A DNA stretch of 64,000 nt, from the NCBI GenBank assembly GCA_963664815.2, contig CAXXHB010000003.1:1824001-1888000 (forward strand), in the 5' to 3' direction. The notes under the pieces are model-generated. The model was not told the DNA's origin and ran no database searches. It saw only the letters and a list, made by a program, of their open reading frames with translations. Positions 26,087 to 37,784 of the stretch are shown piece by piece. The stretch comes from Spirochaetota bacterium (GTDB lineage Bacteria > Spirochaetota > UBA4802 > UBA5550). Position numbers and translations under genes: made by a program. Numbering within the stretch: the stretch's first letter is position 1; every line of letters begins with the position of its first letter.

Positions 26087-27464
26087 AATGTTCCTTATTG
26101 ATTTTATTAATAATTTTAAAACAATGGGTTATGATAAAGATTATTTTCCAGTTCTAAGAAGCAAAACAAAGAATGTCAGGACATTGCTGTTTCTCGATAT
26201 TGCTGAGGAGGTATTTTCATACTACCAGGATGCGCTTGCATCTCGAAATCAGCTTGATTTTGCTGATATGATTAATGAAGCAGATAAGATACTGACTGAA
26301 ATTGAGAAGTATAAAGATAAGCCAAAATATAAATACATTATCATAGATGAGTTCCAGGACATTGCAAAGCAGAGGTTCAACCTGACAAAGCGTCTTGCAG
26401 ATGTTACAGGTGCGCATGTTGTTGCTGTAGGTGATGACTGGCAGTCCATATTCGCCTTTGCAGGTTCAGACATAACACTCTTTCAGAAGTTCCTTGAACT
26501 GATGGGTGACGGCATACCGCTTTATATTACTCATACATACAGAAATTCGCAGGAACTTATTGACATTGCCGGTAGTTTTATTCAGAAGAACTCCTCACAA
26601 ATAAAAAAGCAATTAAAATCACCAAAGAAGATAAAGAATCCTGTTGTTATTGAATGCTATGATGATGCGAAAGATATCCGTAAAAACTGGATAAGTACAA
26701 TCGAGGAGACAATCGGTAAGATTGTTAATGAATTCGGTCCTGAGTCATCTATCCTTTTGATAGGCAGGTATAACTTTGACAGGGATTTACTTATAAAATC
26801 TGACAAGTTTGAAGAAATATCTAATGAGAAGGTAAGGTGTAAAAAATACCCGAGAGCCCTGATTATCTTTCTGACAGCGCATACTTCAAAGGGACTTGGC
26901 TTTGACAATGTCATTGTTCTGAATATGCTGGAGGGGAGGTACGGCTTCCCTTCACAGATTGAAGATGATCCAGTTATGAAGCTGGTTACCCACAGTGATG
27001 ATACAATACAATTCGCGGAAGAGAGAAGGCTGCTCTATGTTGCCATGACACGAACAAAGAACAAAGTATACTTGATTACTCCTCTGACACGCCCTTCACG
27101 TTTTGTCATTGAACTTGCGGATGATTATAAAATACCGCATCATGAAGATATGAGTAAGGATATACAACTTAAAAGATATATGCCCTGCCCGGTCTGTGGC
27201 CTGCCTCTAAAGTATGAAAACAACAAGAATTATGGACTGACTTTATATATGTGTACCAACGAACCTGAACTATGCGATTTTATGACAAACGATAAGGTTT
27301 TACCCGGGGATATATACAAGTGTCCTAAATGTACTGATGGTTACATGATTGTTAAGAAGAGAAAAAATGATGATAACAGATTTTACGGTTGTACCAACTT
27401 TAATTCGAATCCGAAATGTACAAATAGTTGTACAATAAACATTCAGCCTGTGAAAAATAAATGA
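26087..27464 (+). pseudogene. 3' part of a UvrD/HelD-like helicase with C-terminal Zn ribbons, interrupted by the prophage
   Basis: Has LDFADMI, IIIDEFQD, VGDDWQSI, YRNS, TAHTSKGL and EERRLLYVAMTR but no Walker A; Cys-pair topoisomerase-type Zn fingers. Confidence 0.8.
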
Positions 27465-27541
27465 ACAAGAAAGAATTGATTTGTTATTTGTATGAATAAA
27501 ACAAAAAGGTTATTAAACCTGAATAAAGACCGGGGGCATTA

Positions 27542-28582
27542 ATGAATACTCTGAAAAAAATCACAGGTTCACCATTGTTCATACCATCAGTGACGGCAAT
27601 ATACCTTACGGGCCTTGGCGAATCGCGCGGAAGACAGGAGTTGTATACAAGGCAGTCTCCGCAGAAGCTTAAAACCCTCAGGGAGCATGCCCTCATTGAA
27701 AGCGCGGTATCTTCAAACCGCATTGAGGGGGTTACAATAGACCGGTCACGGGTTGCTACGGTTGTATTCGGCAAATCAGTACTGCGTGACCGCGAAGAGG
27801 AGGAGGTGCGCGGGTATAAAGAAGCCCTGAAGCTTATTCATGAAAAAGGCACCTCTCTGCCGGTCAATGAAGAGACAATTAAAAAACTGCATTACCTGTC
27901 CAGGGGAGGTACCGGTGACGCAGGAGAATACAAAACAAAAAACAGTGATATTATTGAAAAATACACAGACGGCAGGGAGCGAATCAGGTTTAAAACAGTA
28001 AGTGCAGCAGAGACTCCCGGTGCAATGGAGCAGCTTGTTGCTTTATGGTATGACTGCCTTGTGGATAATCGTGTACCAGAACTGGTGCTGCTTGCCGCAT
28101 GGAACCTTGACTTCCTTTGTATTCATCCATTTCGTGACGGCAATGGCCGTGTTTCACGGCTCCTGCTGCTCCAGCAGCTCTATCACCTCGGTTATGAAGT
28201 AGGACGGTACATAAGTCTTGAAAGGATAATCGAAGATACAAAGGACCGTTATTATGAAACTCTGGAGTTGAGTTCAGAAGGATGGCATATGGGTAAAAAT
28301 GATCCATGGCCTTACATTAATTACATACTTTACACTCTTAAAACAGCCTGTGCTGAATTTGAATCACGTTTTTCAGGGACTTCGGCGCCGCGCGGTTCCA
28401 AGCGGCAGATGGTGGAGGAGGCCATTCTTTCCATGAAAGTCAGCTTTACCGTAAATGATATCATGGATAAATGTCCCGGTGTAAGTATTGATACAGTGAG
28501 AAAAATATTTAAAGAGAAGCAGAAAGATGGACTTATTGAATGTTTAGTTCAGGGGCGTGACGCGAAGTGGCGTGTAAAATAG
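27542..28582 (+). CDS. Fic family protein with C-terminal HTH
   Basis: HPFRDGNGRVSR canonical Fic motif; SNRIEG. Confidence 0.9.
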   Translation: MNTLKKITGSPLFIPSVTAIYLTGLGESRGRQELYTRQSPQKLKTLREHALIESAVSSNRIEGVTIDRSRVATVVFGKSVLRDREEEEVRGYKEALKLIHEKGTSLPVNEETIKKLHYLSRGGTGDAGEYKTKNSDIIEKYTDGRERIRFKTVSAAETPGAMEQLVALWYDCLVDNRVPELVLLAAWNLDFLCIHPFRDGNGRVSRLLLLQQLYHLGYEVGRYISLERIIEDTKDRYYETLELSSEGWHMGKNDPWPYINYILYTLKTACAEFESRFSGTSAPRGSKRQMVEEAILSMKVSFTVNDIMDKCPGVSIDTVRKIFKEKQKDGLIECLVQGRDAKWRVK

Positions 28583-28651
28583 TATATGGGTAATACCCGG
28601 TTAATTAGGTATTAAATCAGGTAATTTGGAACTAAAGTATAAGTGTAAAAA

Positions 28652-29079
28652 TATGCCTGTCAGTATACGCCATCATACAATTCGTGAATATAGTGTAATT
28701 GCTTCTTCAAATGCAGAGAAGAAGTATAAAGAAAAACATTGTTCAGAGGGAGAGGTTCTATATAGAGTACGATGACTTTATCCGCGACAGACCTGAAAAC
28801 AGGCTGATCAAATCAACACTGTGTCTGCTGCTTAAGGCGTCGTTAAATGATGACAACATAAAGAAGCTGAGCCCCTTAGTTAACGGAAACGGAAGGGTAG
28901 TCCGTCTTATTATGAACCTTGTGCTCATGCAGAGCGGTTTCAACATTGCTCTTATACCGCCAGTTATTCGAGTTGAGTATATATCCTCGATAGAGCAGGC
29001 TCATAAGAATGATGAGGCATTTATTAATCTTATATGCAGATCGGTTTATGAAACACAGAAGGAGTGCTTAAGGATGCTT
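28652..29079 (+). pseudogene. Chimeric remnant: McrC fragments fused to a Fic C-terminus
   Basis: MPVSIRHHTIREY and ERFYIEYDDF..DRPENRLIKSTL (McrC-like), then degenerate PLVNGNGRVVRLIMN (Fic); last codons cut by IS66. Confidence 0.65.
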
Positions 29080-29146
29080 GTAAGCGTCAAATTAACCCCA
29101 TCTTGAAAAAAGATCAATGATATATTACAATACCCTTCATTAAAAA

Positions 29147-29473
29147 ATGGAGGAAGAGATGAGTAAAAGAATTGAATATCAGAAACGCGATATGTCAAGC
29201 ATGGAGAAACATATAGCCGCCTGGGAACAAAGCGGGATATCACAAGTTGAGTATTGCAGAGAAAATAAAATACCTCTGTCAACCTTCGGCAACTGGAAAT
29301 CAAAAGTAAGTAAAAAATCTCAGAAAGAAATACCATTTATTGAACTGCAGGGGAATTTTTCATATCAGGATGAATATTTTGAATTACTGCTCGATGATGG
29401 CATGACTTTGAGAATCCGTGAAACCATCCCTGTATCGCAATTACGAAATATCATTCTTGCCATACGGAGGTAG
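29147..29473 (+). CDS. tnpA: IS66 accessory protein TnpA
   Basis: HIAAWEQSGISQVEYCRENKI..STF..W. Confidence 0.85.
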   Translation: MEEEMSKRIEYQKRDMSSMEKHIAAWEQSGISQVEYCRENKIPLSTFGNWKSKVSKKSQKEIPFIELQGNFSYQDEYFELLLDDGMTLRIRETIPVSQLRNIILAIRR

Positions 29474-29823
29474 TGATGCTCAATTTGCAGAGAGAAACGA
29501 GGATATTTCTTCATCCCGGCAAAACAGATTTTCGAAAGTCAATCAATGGTTTATCCGTCTTTGTTCAGGAGCATATGAAGGAAGACCCTTTCAGCGGGAA
29601 TTACTATGTGTTCTGCAACCGGACAAAAAATATGCTGAAGATATTATACTGGGACAGGAATGGTTTCTGCCTGTGGCATAAAAGACTGGAGGAGGATAAA
29701 TTCCGCTGGCCCCGTATAGCCGAAGATGTCCATGAGATTACCCGCGAGGAATTCCGGTGGCTGTTACAGGGGCTTGACTTCTATAATGCTCATAAAATCC
29801 GCCGTTATGCAAGCGTGATATAA
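29473..29823 (+). CDS. tnpB: IS66 accessory protein TnpB
   Basis: TDFRKSINGL, FCNR...KILYWDRNGF.L..KRLE. Confidence 0.92.
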   Translation: MMLNLQRETRIFLHPGKTDFRKSINGLSVFVQEHMKEDPFSGNYYVFCNRTKNMLKILYWDRNGFCLWHKRLEEDKFRWPRIAEDVHEITREEFRWLLQGLDFYNAHKIRRYASVI

Positions 29824-29846
29824 AAATTAATTGCAATCATGAGGGC

Positions 29847-31442
29847 ATGTTATATGATGTACTCATGATTGCAATGCCCGACAACCTTCCTGATGATGTA
29901 AACGAGCTCAAGAAAATTATTTCAAACCTGGCAAATGAATACGAAAAAGAAATTCAATATCTTAAAGAGAAAAATAAATTTTTACTTCAAAAGTTATTCG
30001 GCCGTAAAAGCGAGAAGCTAACTCCCGATGATATTCTACAGGGCCGCCTGTTTGATGAATCAGAATTCTACTCTGATGAGAATGAAAACGCAGAAGATGA
30101 TTCACCTGAAAAGCTAACCGTTGTTTCATCTCATACACGCCGGAAGACAGGAAAGAAACCTCTTCCTGAATCACTCCCTCGTGTTGATGTTGTACATGAT
30201 ATCTCCGAAGAAGAAAAACAGTGTGCCTGCGGGTGCGAGATGAAACGCATTGGGGAAGAAGTTTCTGAAAAGCTTGATATGATTCCTGCGAAAATCCAGG
30301 TGCTTCGTCATATCCGATATAAATATGCCTGTAAAAACTGTGAAGGGAGCGAAAGTGATGAAGCTCCGGTAAAGATTGCGCCATTGCCTCCGCAGATTAT
30401 ACCGCAGGGGATTGCAACACCAGGACTTGCGGCATGGGTGCTGGTGAGTAAATTCTGCGATGCGCTTCCTTTTTACCGGCAGGAAAAGCTTTTTTCCCGG
30501 ATTGGTGTTGATATTTCACGAGCGACTTTTTGTAACTGGTCCATTATTACACATAGAGGCAGTGAACGGCTGCTCGAACTGATGTGGAGAGATATTCTTG
30601 CGTCTCGGCTTGTTGGCATGGATGAGACGCCGGTGCAGGTTATGAAAGAGCCAGGCCGCAAAAATACAACAAAGTCATACATGTGGCTGTTCCGGGGTGG
30701 AGAAGAAACCCGACCAATTGTGATATTCCGGTATGCTCCGACCCGGGGATCAGAATTCATAAACAGTGAATTTGCGGATTACGAAGGTGTCATCCAGACC
30801 GACGGCTATCAGGGATACAAAACTCTGGGTAAAAAAGAAAAAGTAACACATGCTGTATGCTGGGCACATGTCCGGAGAAAATTCATGGAAGCGATGAATG
30901 GCACCAGTCAGTCTTTTTCACATTCTATAGTATCGATGATAAAAACGCTTTATGATGTAGAAAAAGAAATACGTGAGAATAAATATAACCATGAAGAGAT
31001 CAGACAGGTGCGCAATGATAAATCACGTCCAGTAGTAGAAAAGATAGAACAGCAATTGAAAAAGCATGTTCACAGTATTGCACCGGGAAGTCTTGCCGGT
31101 AAGGCAATCTCATACTCATTAAAGCTGTGGCCCCAGTTGTGTGTATATCTTGACAACCCTATTATTCCCATCGACAATAATCATGTTGAAAATGCAATCC
31201 GTCCTTTTGTGGTGGGACGAAAAAACTGGCTTTTTTCCGGTAGCCCGCGCGGTGCCCATGCCAGTGCCGGATTATATAGCATAATAGAGACGGCAAAGGC
31301 AAATGGTCTTGAGCCATACTGGTATCTTAGATACCTGTTTGAAAAATTACCTGCCTGTACAAGTGATAATGAAATCCGGTCAATTATGCCGAATAGAATT
31401 GATCCTGAAGTTATCAGTAAACTCAGAGGTGGGGTTAATTAA
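29847..31442 (+). CDS. tnpC: IS66 transposase TnpC
   Basis: LFGRKSEK, Zn finger, DETPV, QTDGY, CWAHVRRKF and DNNHVENAIRP...GRKNWLF. Confidence 0.95.
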   Translation: MLYDVLMIAMPDNLPDDVNELKKIISNLANEYEKEIQYLKEKNKFLLQKLFGRKSEKLTPDDILQGRLFDESEFYSDENENAEDDSPEKLTVVSSHTRRKTGKKPLPESLPRVDVVHDISEEEKQCACGCEMKRIGEEVSEKLDMIPAKIQVLRHIRYKYACKNCEGSESDEAPVKIAPLPPQIIPQGIATPGLAAWVLVSKFCDALPFYRQEKLFSRIGVDISRATFCNWSIITHRGSERLLELMWRDILASRLVGMDETPVQVMKEPGRKNTTKSYMWLFRGGEETRPIVIFRYAPTRGSEFINSEFADYEGVIQTDGYQGYKTLGKKEKVTHAVCWAHVRRKFMEAMNGTSQSFSHSIVSMIKTLYDVEKEIRENKYNHEEIRQVRNDKSRPVVEKIEQQLKKHVHSIAPGSLAGKAISYSLKLWPQLCVYLDNPIIPIDNNHVENAIRPFVVGRKNWLFSGSPRGAHASAGLYSIIETAKANGLEPYWYLRYLFEKLPACTSDNEIRSIMPNRIDPEVISKLRGGVN

Positions 31443-31478
31443 GCACATACGGATGCTTAATATTTAAGGCTAGTATTT

Positions 31479-31645
31479 GTGAACCACGGACAACACGAAA
31501 TACATGAACATAAGATTTTATATCAGGAAGTAGTATATAAAATTCAGGTGCAGTATTTTAAGTTTATAGAGAATCTGGATGCGGATTTCTTGAATCTGTT
31601 TACCTGGAATGTCTTGAAAGAGAGATGTTGATCAGTGAAATTCCC
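31479..31645 (+). pseudogene. GxxExxY protein fragment
   Basis: Frameshifted ILYQEVVYKIQ / VYRESGCGFLESVYLECLERE...IP. Confidence 0.6.
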
Positions 31646-31927
31646 GGGTTGTACCTGTTACGGACAGGGTTAACCTTGATGACCAGATATGGGATACATT
31701 CAGGTTCCGTTGAAATAAGCGGTTGCATCCCTGCAAAAGCCGGACATACAATAATGAAATATATTACACAGATTAAAACTCTGCAAATAAATTAAAAAGT
31801 GAATTACAGTTCCGGATATTGTAAAAATTTCTGTAATCAGATAATCTGCAGTAAAAAAATAGTTTTCTGTATTATAAAAAAACCGATAAAGATAATATAA
31901 GAGTGTAAATAGAGTCTATTTGTAAAT

Positions 31928-32470
31928 ATGGAGCACTATATGAAAAGAAATTCACTTTTAATTATCCCTTTTATAACATTTTTTATTGTTTTTCTGACCG
32001 GTATAACAGAGATCAACAGCTCTTCATTGATTGAGCAGATCAAGCCTACTGCCGAAGAGATTCCGGAAGGATATATGTTCGGCCAGGTGCCAAAGTTTGC
32101 ACAGAATGTTCTGAAAAACAATCCATGGAGTCTTGATAAGGATGCAATAAAGAGAATGACCGGCAGAATATATCCCGGTGGCGAATATACTAAAGTATCA
32201 GATCTGCATATGTCAATAATTACAAATAAAAACAAGCCATATGGTTCTGATATGGGGTGCTATATATTTATATTCAGGGATAAAAAAGCGGCTCAGGAAG
32301 AGTTAATGAAACTCAAAGAGTATGTAAACAATAATAGCGACAGGTCGATTATAATTGATAAGAGCAATCTTGCAGTATATCTATACGTTAACAATACAAA
32401 GAATTTCGAGTATATAAAAACAATATCCGGAATAATGAAGAAAAGAATGGATAAATTACCTGTTCTTTAA
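31928..32470 (+). CDS. Exported hypothetical protein
   Basis: Signal-peptide-like N-terminus; 180 aa. Confidence 0.7.
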   Translation: MEHYMKRNSLLIIPFITFFIVFLTGITEINSSSLIEQIKPTAEEIPEGYMFGQVPKFAQNVLKNNPWSLDKDAIKRMTGRIYPGGEYTKVSDLHMSIITNKNKPYGSDMGCYIFIFRDKKAAQEELMKLKEYVNNNSDRSIIIDKSNLAVYLYVNNTKNFEYIKTISGIMKKRMDKLPVL

Positions 32471-32893
32471 ATGATAAATGGCAGATATTTATGTTTTAGT
32501 TATCTATTTATCTGCCGGTGCGGACTCGCTTATCTTAAAAAACTGCTGGACTTTTATGAATAATATGCAGAGGCTTATTTTTCCCTTCCATAGATGAACT
32601 TTATATTAACTTTATATTAACTTTCAAATAAATCTTTTAATCTTGCAACAGCCCCGGTATTTGTTGTATCATGATAGAAATTTTCAGGCCTCACTTATTT
32701 TAACTCCTTATTTGTTTTAATTAAAATATCGCTTATAACCGGGAAAAAGTCTAAAAGTAAATGGCTTTTAATAAAAAAGGTGAATATTAATCAGGCAGTA
32801 AATTTTTAAATGCTTTTGTGATACATATAGAACTTTAAATAATTCAGTACATCAGCAGAGGGACATGGATGAATCAGGCAATCATTATTATCA

Positions 32894-35353
32894 TCAGCTT
32901 GTTTTGAAGAATTCCAGCTGTGCTTTCATGCTTTCGGCCTGCGCGCTTATCTCCTCTGCGGATGATGCAATTTCCTCCGCTCCCGATGCCTGGGACTGTG
33001 TCTGTTCATTAATCTGATTCATTGTTTTTGCTATTTCCTGCTGGGTTACAGTCTGTTCGTGTGTGGATGTGGAAATATTGTCAGACATCTCCATGACCTG
33101 TCTTGTTGCAATAGTAACTTCTTCACCCGCCTTTGCCTGGGTTTCGCTTGATCGCGCAATTTTCTGTACAAGCTCCTTTGTATCATTTATAAATGTAATA
33201 ATATTTTCAAGAGCCTTTGATGTATCGCTGATATCCTGCTTCCCCTGTTTTGCGGATTTAACACCGCGGGAAACAAGATTTGTTATATTTTTTGCCGATT
33301 CAGCTGTCTGATCCGCCAGTTTTCCTATTTCGTCGGCGACAACTGCAAATCCTCTTCCATGATCACCCGCTCTTGCTGCTTCAATTGCCGCATTCAGCGC
33401 CAGGAGGTTTACCTGGTCAGATATATCGCTTATCAGTGTGACCATTTCTGCAATTTTCAGGGAATTCTCCTCAATGCTGTTCATCCCTGCAATTGTATTC
33501 TGCATCAGTTCATTGCCTTTCATTGCTTCATTATTTGTATTATTGGCAACCTTCAGGGCCGATACTGCGTCGGAATTAATCAGGCTTATAAGCTGTCCAA
33601 GTTCTTCGATGGATTGATAAGTCTTTTTAGCGTGATCGGACTGAAGTTTTGAATTGTCGGAAATATTTTCATTTGATGCAGATATCTCTTCCAGTGATGC
33701 TGTTGCCTCTTCCACGGCCGCTGCCTGTGCCTGTGCACTGTCGGCAAGGGATGAGCTTGTAGACGAAAGTTCAACTGCAGATACCGAAAGCTGGTTAGCT
33801 GAGTTTAAAGCTGATGTAATAACTTCTGTTATCTTATCCTGGAACCTTTTCATATTCTGTATCATGTTGCCGAATTCATCAGGGAGAAAATCGTCTACGC
33901 GGGCCGTAAGGTCTCCATCTGCAAGCTTTCTGAATACCCTGATTGTATTTTTAATCGGCTGAGAAAAGCCCATACCAATGCGGTAAATAATAAAAGTTAC
34001 AACAACTCCCACGAATAAAAGGAAACATGACAATCGTACTATAATGTCATCAACCTGTTCCATCACATGTTTCTGATAGCTGATAGAAACAAGGTAGTGT
34101 CCCGTGGTATTGATCCTGATTTTTCTGAATGAAACCGATTTGCCATTAATAATATACTCATGAAAATCTTTATCCGTGTTTCTGACAAATTCATTTATAT
34201 CACGGCCATCTTCATCTTTTATATCCTTGCCTATAGTCTTTCCTATGAACTCCGGCTGTGGATGATAAATTACTTTTCCCTTATCGGTAATAATCATATA
34301 CATCGTCTGATTCTTTGAACTTACCCTGTTAAGCATGTCTTCAATGGAAGTGATATTAATAGAGTGTGCTATACCTCCGGCTGTTTTGCCATTTACAACT
34401 GCAGGCACTGCGCATGCTATTACCTGTTTCCCCGTTGATCTGCTTATAATGATTTCAGACCATTTGGGTTCACCGCTTGAAACTGCCTCTCTGAGGTAGT
34501 CCCTGTCTGCAAGAGAAACAGTTTTCCCCAGACTGTTATATGTAATATAGTCATTCCTGAAAAAATAAAGCAGGGCGCTGTCCTTTGATATCCTGTTCTG
34601 ATAAAGCTTTTCGGCAAGACGCAGGGCATCTTTGTCTGACAGTGCAGATGGTGAAATAAAATTGAGGCAGGTTTTAAGCTCATTTTCGGTTGTTTTAAAG
34701 ATACTGTCTATCTTGGCCGTCGTTGCCTCGGCCTGGAGCGCAGTTGCCTCTTTATAAGTCTCTATGCTGCGGTTGACATTTGTTGAATAGATTCCAAGGG
34801 CAATAAAAAGAAATGTTAATATCATAAATGAAAGTATCGGCGCCAGAAGTTTTTCAAAAACAGCAAGCGGTCTCATCGGTAAAACTGAGGTAAAGGGATA
34901 GATGATTATCATTGCTCTGTAGTAATGATATAATGAAATACCTATATTTAAAAAAATTCCAATTACTATAAAGAAAACTGACTGATATATTGTATAGAAA
35001 ATATGAAGTTTAAATCCGAGGAACCCTGTAACAAAGGAGAGTATAACAAGGAGTGAAGATATAAATACTGTCATGTATGTCGGGAATCTGACAGCAAACT
35101 TAACTGATTGCTCATCATCGGCGCCTTTTTCAGCAGAATTTAAAAGTTTATTTACCAGAAGACGGTAAAGAAAAACCGAACATAAGATAAGCGGAATTGA
35201 TGGCAATAAAAATGTGACTGATATCCTTATTGCTGGTTTTATCCCGACACCAATCATAAGCAGCAGCATCATAAATACAGGGTGCAGGATAATCATCAAA
35301 AGATAGTTTTTTATCAGTTGTAAATATATTGATTTTGATTCTTCAGTTTGCAT
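32894..35353 (-). CDS. Methyl-accepting chemotaxis protein (multi-TM N-terminus, dCache, HAMP)
   Basis: QVNLLALNAAIEAARAGDHGRGFAVVADEI; DRDY...W cache motif; DEFG HAMP. Confidence 0.95.
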   Translation of the reverse strand: MQTEESKSIYLQLIKNYLLMIILHPVFMMLLLMIGVGIKPAIRISVTFLLPSIPLILCSVFLYRLLVNKLLNSAEKGADDEQSVKFAVRFPTYMTVFISSLLVILSFVTGFLGFKLHIFYTIYQSVFFIVIGIFLNIGISLYHYYRAMIIIYPFTSVLPMRPLAVFEKLLAPILSFMILTFLFIALGIYSTNVNRSIETYKEATALQAEATTAKIDSIFKTTENELKTCLNFISPSALSDKDALRLAEKLYQNRISKDSALLYFFRNDYITYNSLGKTVSLADRDYLREAVSSGEPKWSEIIISRSTGKQVIACAVPAVVNGKTAGGIAHSINITSIEDMLNRVSSKNQTMYMIITDKGKVIYHPQPEFIGKTIGKDIKDEDGRDINEFVRNTDKDFHEYIINGKSVSFRKIRINTTGHYLVSISYQKHVMEQVDDIIVRLSCFLLFVGVVVTFIIYRIGMGFSQPIKNTIRVFRKLADGDLTARVDDFLPDEFGNMIQNMKRFQDKITEVITSALNSANQLSVSAVELSSTSSSLADSAQAQAAAVEEATASLEEISASNENISDNSKLQSDHAKKTYQSIEELGQLISLINSDAVSALKVANNTNNEAMKGNELMQNTIAGMNSIEENSLKIAEMVTLISDISDQVNLLALNAAIEAARAGDHGRGFAVVADEIGKLADQTAESAKNITNLVSRGVKSAKQGKQDISDTSKALENIITFINDTKELVQKIARSSETQAKAGEEVTIATRQVMEMSDNISTSTHEQTVTQQEIAKTMNQINEQTQSQASGAEEIASSAEEISAQAESMKAQLEFFKTS

Positions 35354-35663
35354 CTCGATACTCCATGATGGACAATGACAGTTATTTCTGAATTAAATAA
35401 CTGTTTAATTTATTAACACTATGCTTAAAGTATACAATATTTCACAAATAATTGTGTAAATATAAAATCAATCTTTTTTTAAAAAGTTCAGGTTGTTTTT
35501 GATACTGAACTATATTGGATATAATCTTAATTTATTAAGATATATACGATATAAGAGGAGAAGATCCATGAAAGCTGTTTAAGGTGAATGGCGGTTTAAT
35601 CTGTTTCGGGAGGATGTTGTACGGATTTAACAGCATCCTTCACCGGCATGGAAGCAATCTGTC

Positions 35664-37277
35664 CTAACTTGCCTCCATCTCCAGGGTCTGATCATTATGT
35701 TCAATACTGACAAGAAACCTGGCCCTTGGATTTTTATCCTTGGCTATCTGCAGTGTAAATTTATTGTCAGGTATAAAAACCATGTTGTTATTTTTATCAG
35801 CAAAGAGGCAGTGGTACCTGAAGCCTGTCAGGTCTTTAATGTCTTCTTTATCTTCAAACTTGACCCAGACTGCCTTGTAGCCGTTTATAGGTGAGAAATT
35901 GCAGCTTGCCCCGAATTCATTAAGAAGCCTGTATTTGATTACATCGAACTGCAGCTGCCCCACGACTCCTATCACCTTTCTCTGCCCCGGATTCTGGGTG
36001 AACAGCTGTGCAAGCCCCTCATCGGTTAACTGGTTGAGACCTTTTTCAAGCTGTTTCGCTTTGTATGGGTCGGTGTTCCTGACCTCGCAGAAATGTTCCG
36101 GAGAAAATCTCGGAATTCCTTTATACATAAATGAATCACCCTCGGTAAGCGTATCCCCGATCTTGAAAATACCTGAATCGTAAAGACCTATAACATCTCC
36201 CGGATAGGCATCTTCTATAAGGCTTTTATCCTGCGCCATGAAGTTTGCAGGGTTCGGAAATTTGATGTCCCTGTCAAGGCGTACATGGTGATAGAATTTG
36301 TTTCTTTCAAACTTTCCGGAGCATACCCTCAGGAAAGCGATCCGGTCCCTGTGTCTTGGGTCGAGATTCGCGTGAATTTTAAATACAAATCCGCTGAATT
36401 TCTCTTCGGATGGTTCCACAATACCACTGGTTGTTTCGCGTGACTGCGGGTGGGGAGCTATCTCTATAAAAGTATCAAGTAGTTCCTTTACACCGAAGTT
36501 ATTGACAGCGCTTCCGAAAAAGACCGGAGCAAGCATTCCGGAAAGATAATCCTCTGTGTTGAATTTATCGTAGATACTCTCCACAAGTTCAATTTCATCG
36601 CGAAGCTTTATCGCATCATGACCTATAACGGTATCTATCTCGGGATCATCAAGTCCATCGAATGATTTTACTTCATTCTGATCCTCAATCTGGCTTTTCC
36701 CTGATTTGAAGAAATTAAACGAATTTCTGTAAATGTTATAAACTCCCTTGAACGAACTCCCCATTCCTACAGGCCAGCTTAAGGGGCGTACGTTTATATC
36801 AAGATCTTTTTCAAGTTCATCAAGAAGCTCGATAGGGAGTTTCCCGTCACGGTCCATCTTGTTTATAAAGATAATAACAGGATAGTTTCTTAAACGGCAT
36901 ACCTCCATAAGCTTTCTGGTCTGTTCCTCCACACCTTTAACGCTGTCTATAACGAGTATAACGCTGTCAACGGCCGTAAGTGTCCTGTATGTATCCTCTG
37001 CAAAATCCTTATGCCCCGGAGTATCAAGCAGGTTTATGATATGGTCCCTGTAGTTGAATGACAGCACTGAGGTCGTAACAGAGATACCCCTCTGCTTTTC
37101 AATCTCCATAAAATCGGAAGTTGCGGTTTTTTTTATTTTATTCGATTTTACAGCTCCTGCTATCTGTATTGCGCCGCTATATAAAAGTAGTTTTTCTGTT
37201 AATGTCGTTTTTCCTGCGTCAGGGTGACTTATAATTGCGAAAGTCTTTCTCCTGCTGATTTCTTTGATTAAACTCAT
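35664..37277 (-). CDS. prfC: Peptide chain release factor 3
   Basis: [32 protein letters not shown] and [10 protein letters not shown]; start likely MSLIKE. Confidence 0.97.
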   Translation of the reverse strand: MSLIKEISRRKTFAIISHPDAGKTTLTEKLLLYSGAIQIAGAVKSNKIKKTATSDFMEIEKQRGISVTTSVLSFNYRDHIINLLDTPGHKDFAEDTYRTLTAVDSVILVIDSVKGVEEQTRKLMEVCRLRNYPVIIFINKMDRDGKLPIELLDELEKDLDINVRPLSWPVGMGSSFKGVYNIYRNSFNFFKSGKSQIEDQNEVKSFDGLDDPEIDTVIGHDAIKLRDEIELVESIYDKFNTEDYLSGMLAPVFFGSAVNNFGVKELLDTFIEIAPHPQSRETTSGIVEPSEEKFSGFVFKIHANLDPRHRDRIAFLRVCSGKFERNKFYHHVRLDRDIKFPNPANFMAQDKSLIEDAYPGDVIGLYDSGIFKIGDTLTEGDSFMYKGIPRFSPEHFCEVRNTDPYKAKQLEKGLNQLTDEGLAQLFTQNPGQRKVIGVVGQLQFDVIKYRLLNEFGASCNFSPINGYKAVWVKFEDKEDIKDLTGFRYHCLFADKNNNMVFIPDNKFTLQIAKDKNPRARFLVSIEHNDQTLEMEAS

Positions 37278-37784
37278 TTTAAACCTTGTTCCTGGAATAA
37301 TATGCAATCTCAGGGAGTTTATTTAACAATGGAGTAAATATTGCTTCCCGGACCTTTTAAACCCATCAGGCAGATAAAAATATCGGTACTGCTGAGATGA
37401 GGAGATAATTTTACATTGGCGGATTCTGTCAACAAACAAAAAGAGAGTTTAAGGCAACATACACCGTATATGGACCTGAGGCAATTGATTCAGCTGGCTA
37501 TGACCGGTAATTTATTTTTAGGCAACATGAGTTGTAAAATATTAAACTATAAGGAGATTTTTTTATCGATTTTCATTCTATATAACGATTTATTTATTAT
37601 ATTATATATAGAAAATAATTCGTTAATGACCGGTGTTTAATTCTGTAAGACGATGTAATCATTATTTTTTACCTGAGAATAGACATGTTTTGCAGGGGCC
37701 GGCAGATTTTTTAACAGAATAATTTCAGGAATGTATGAATGAATATTATTAAATATGATATTATATAAACGGATGAGGTGAAAG

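Larger units (their letters stand above)
29080..31450 (+). mobile_element. IS66 family element, 2371 bp
   Basis: Ends GTAAGCGTCAAATTAACCCCA / TGGGGTTAATTAAGCACATAC; 8-bp target duplication GGATGCTT at 29072-29079 and 31451-31458; tnpA-tnpB-tnpC. Confidence 0.95.

Noticed and set aside
31645-31760. GC-richer stretch with small hairpins, possible riboswitch
   Set aside because: No recognisable aptamer consensus, and it lies in a region of gene debris.
37416-37640. 74-aa ORF upstream of the Zn-ribbon gene
   Set aside because: TTG start, low-complexity AT-rich end and no motif; likely intergenic.
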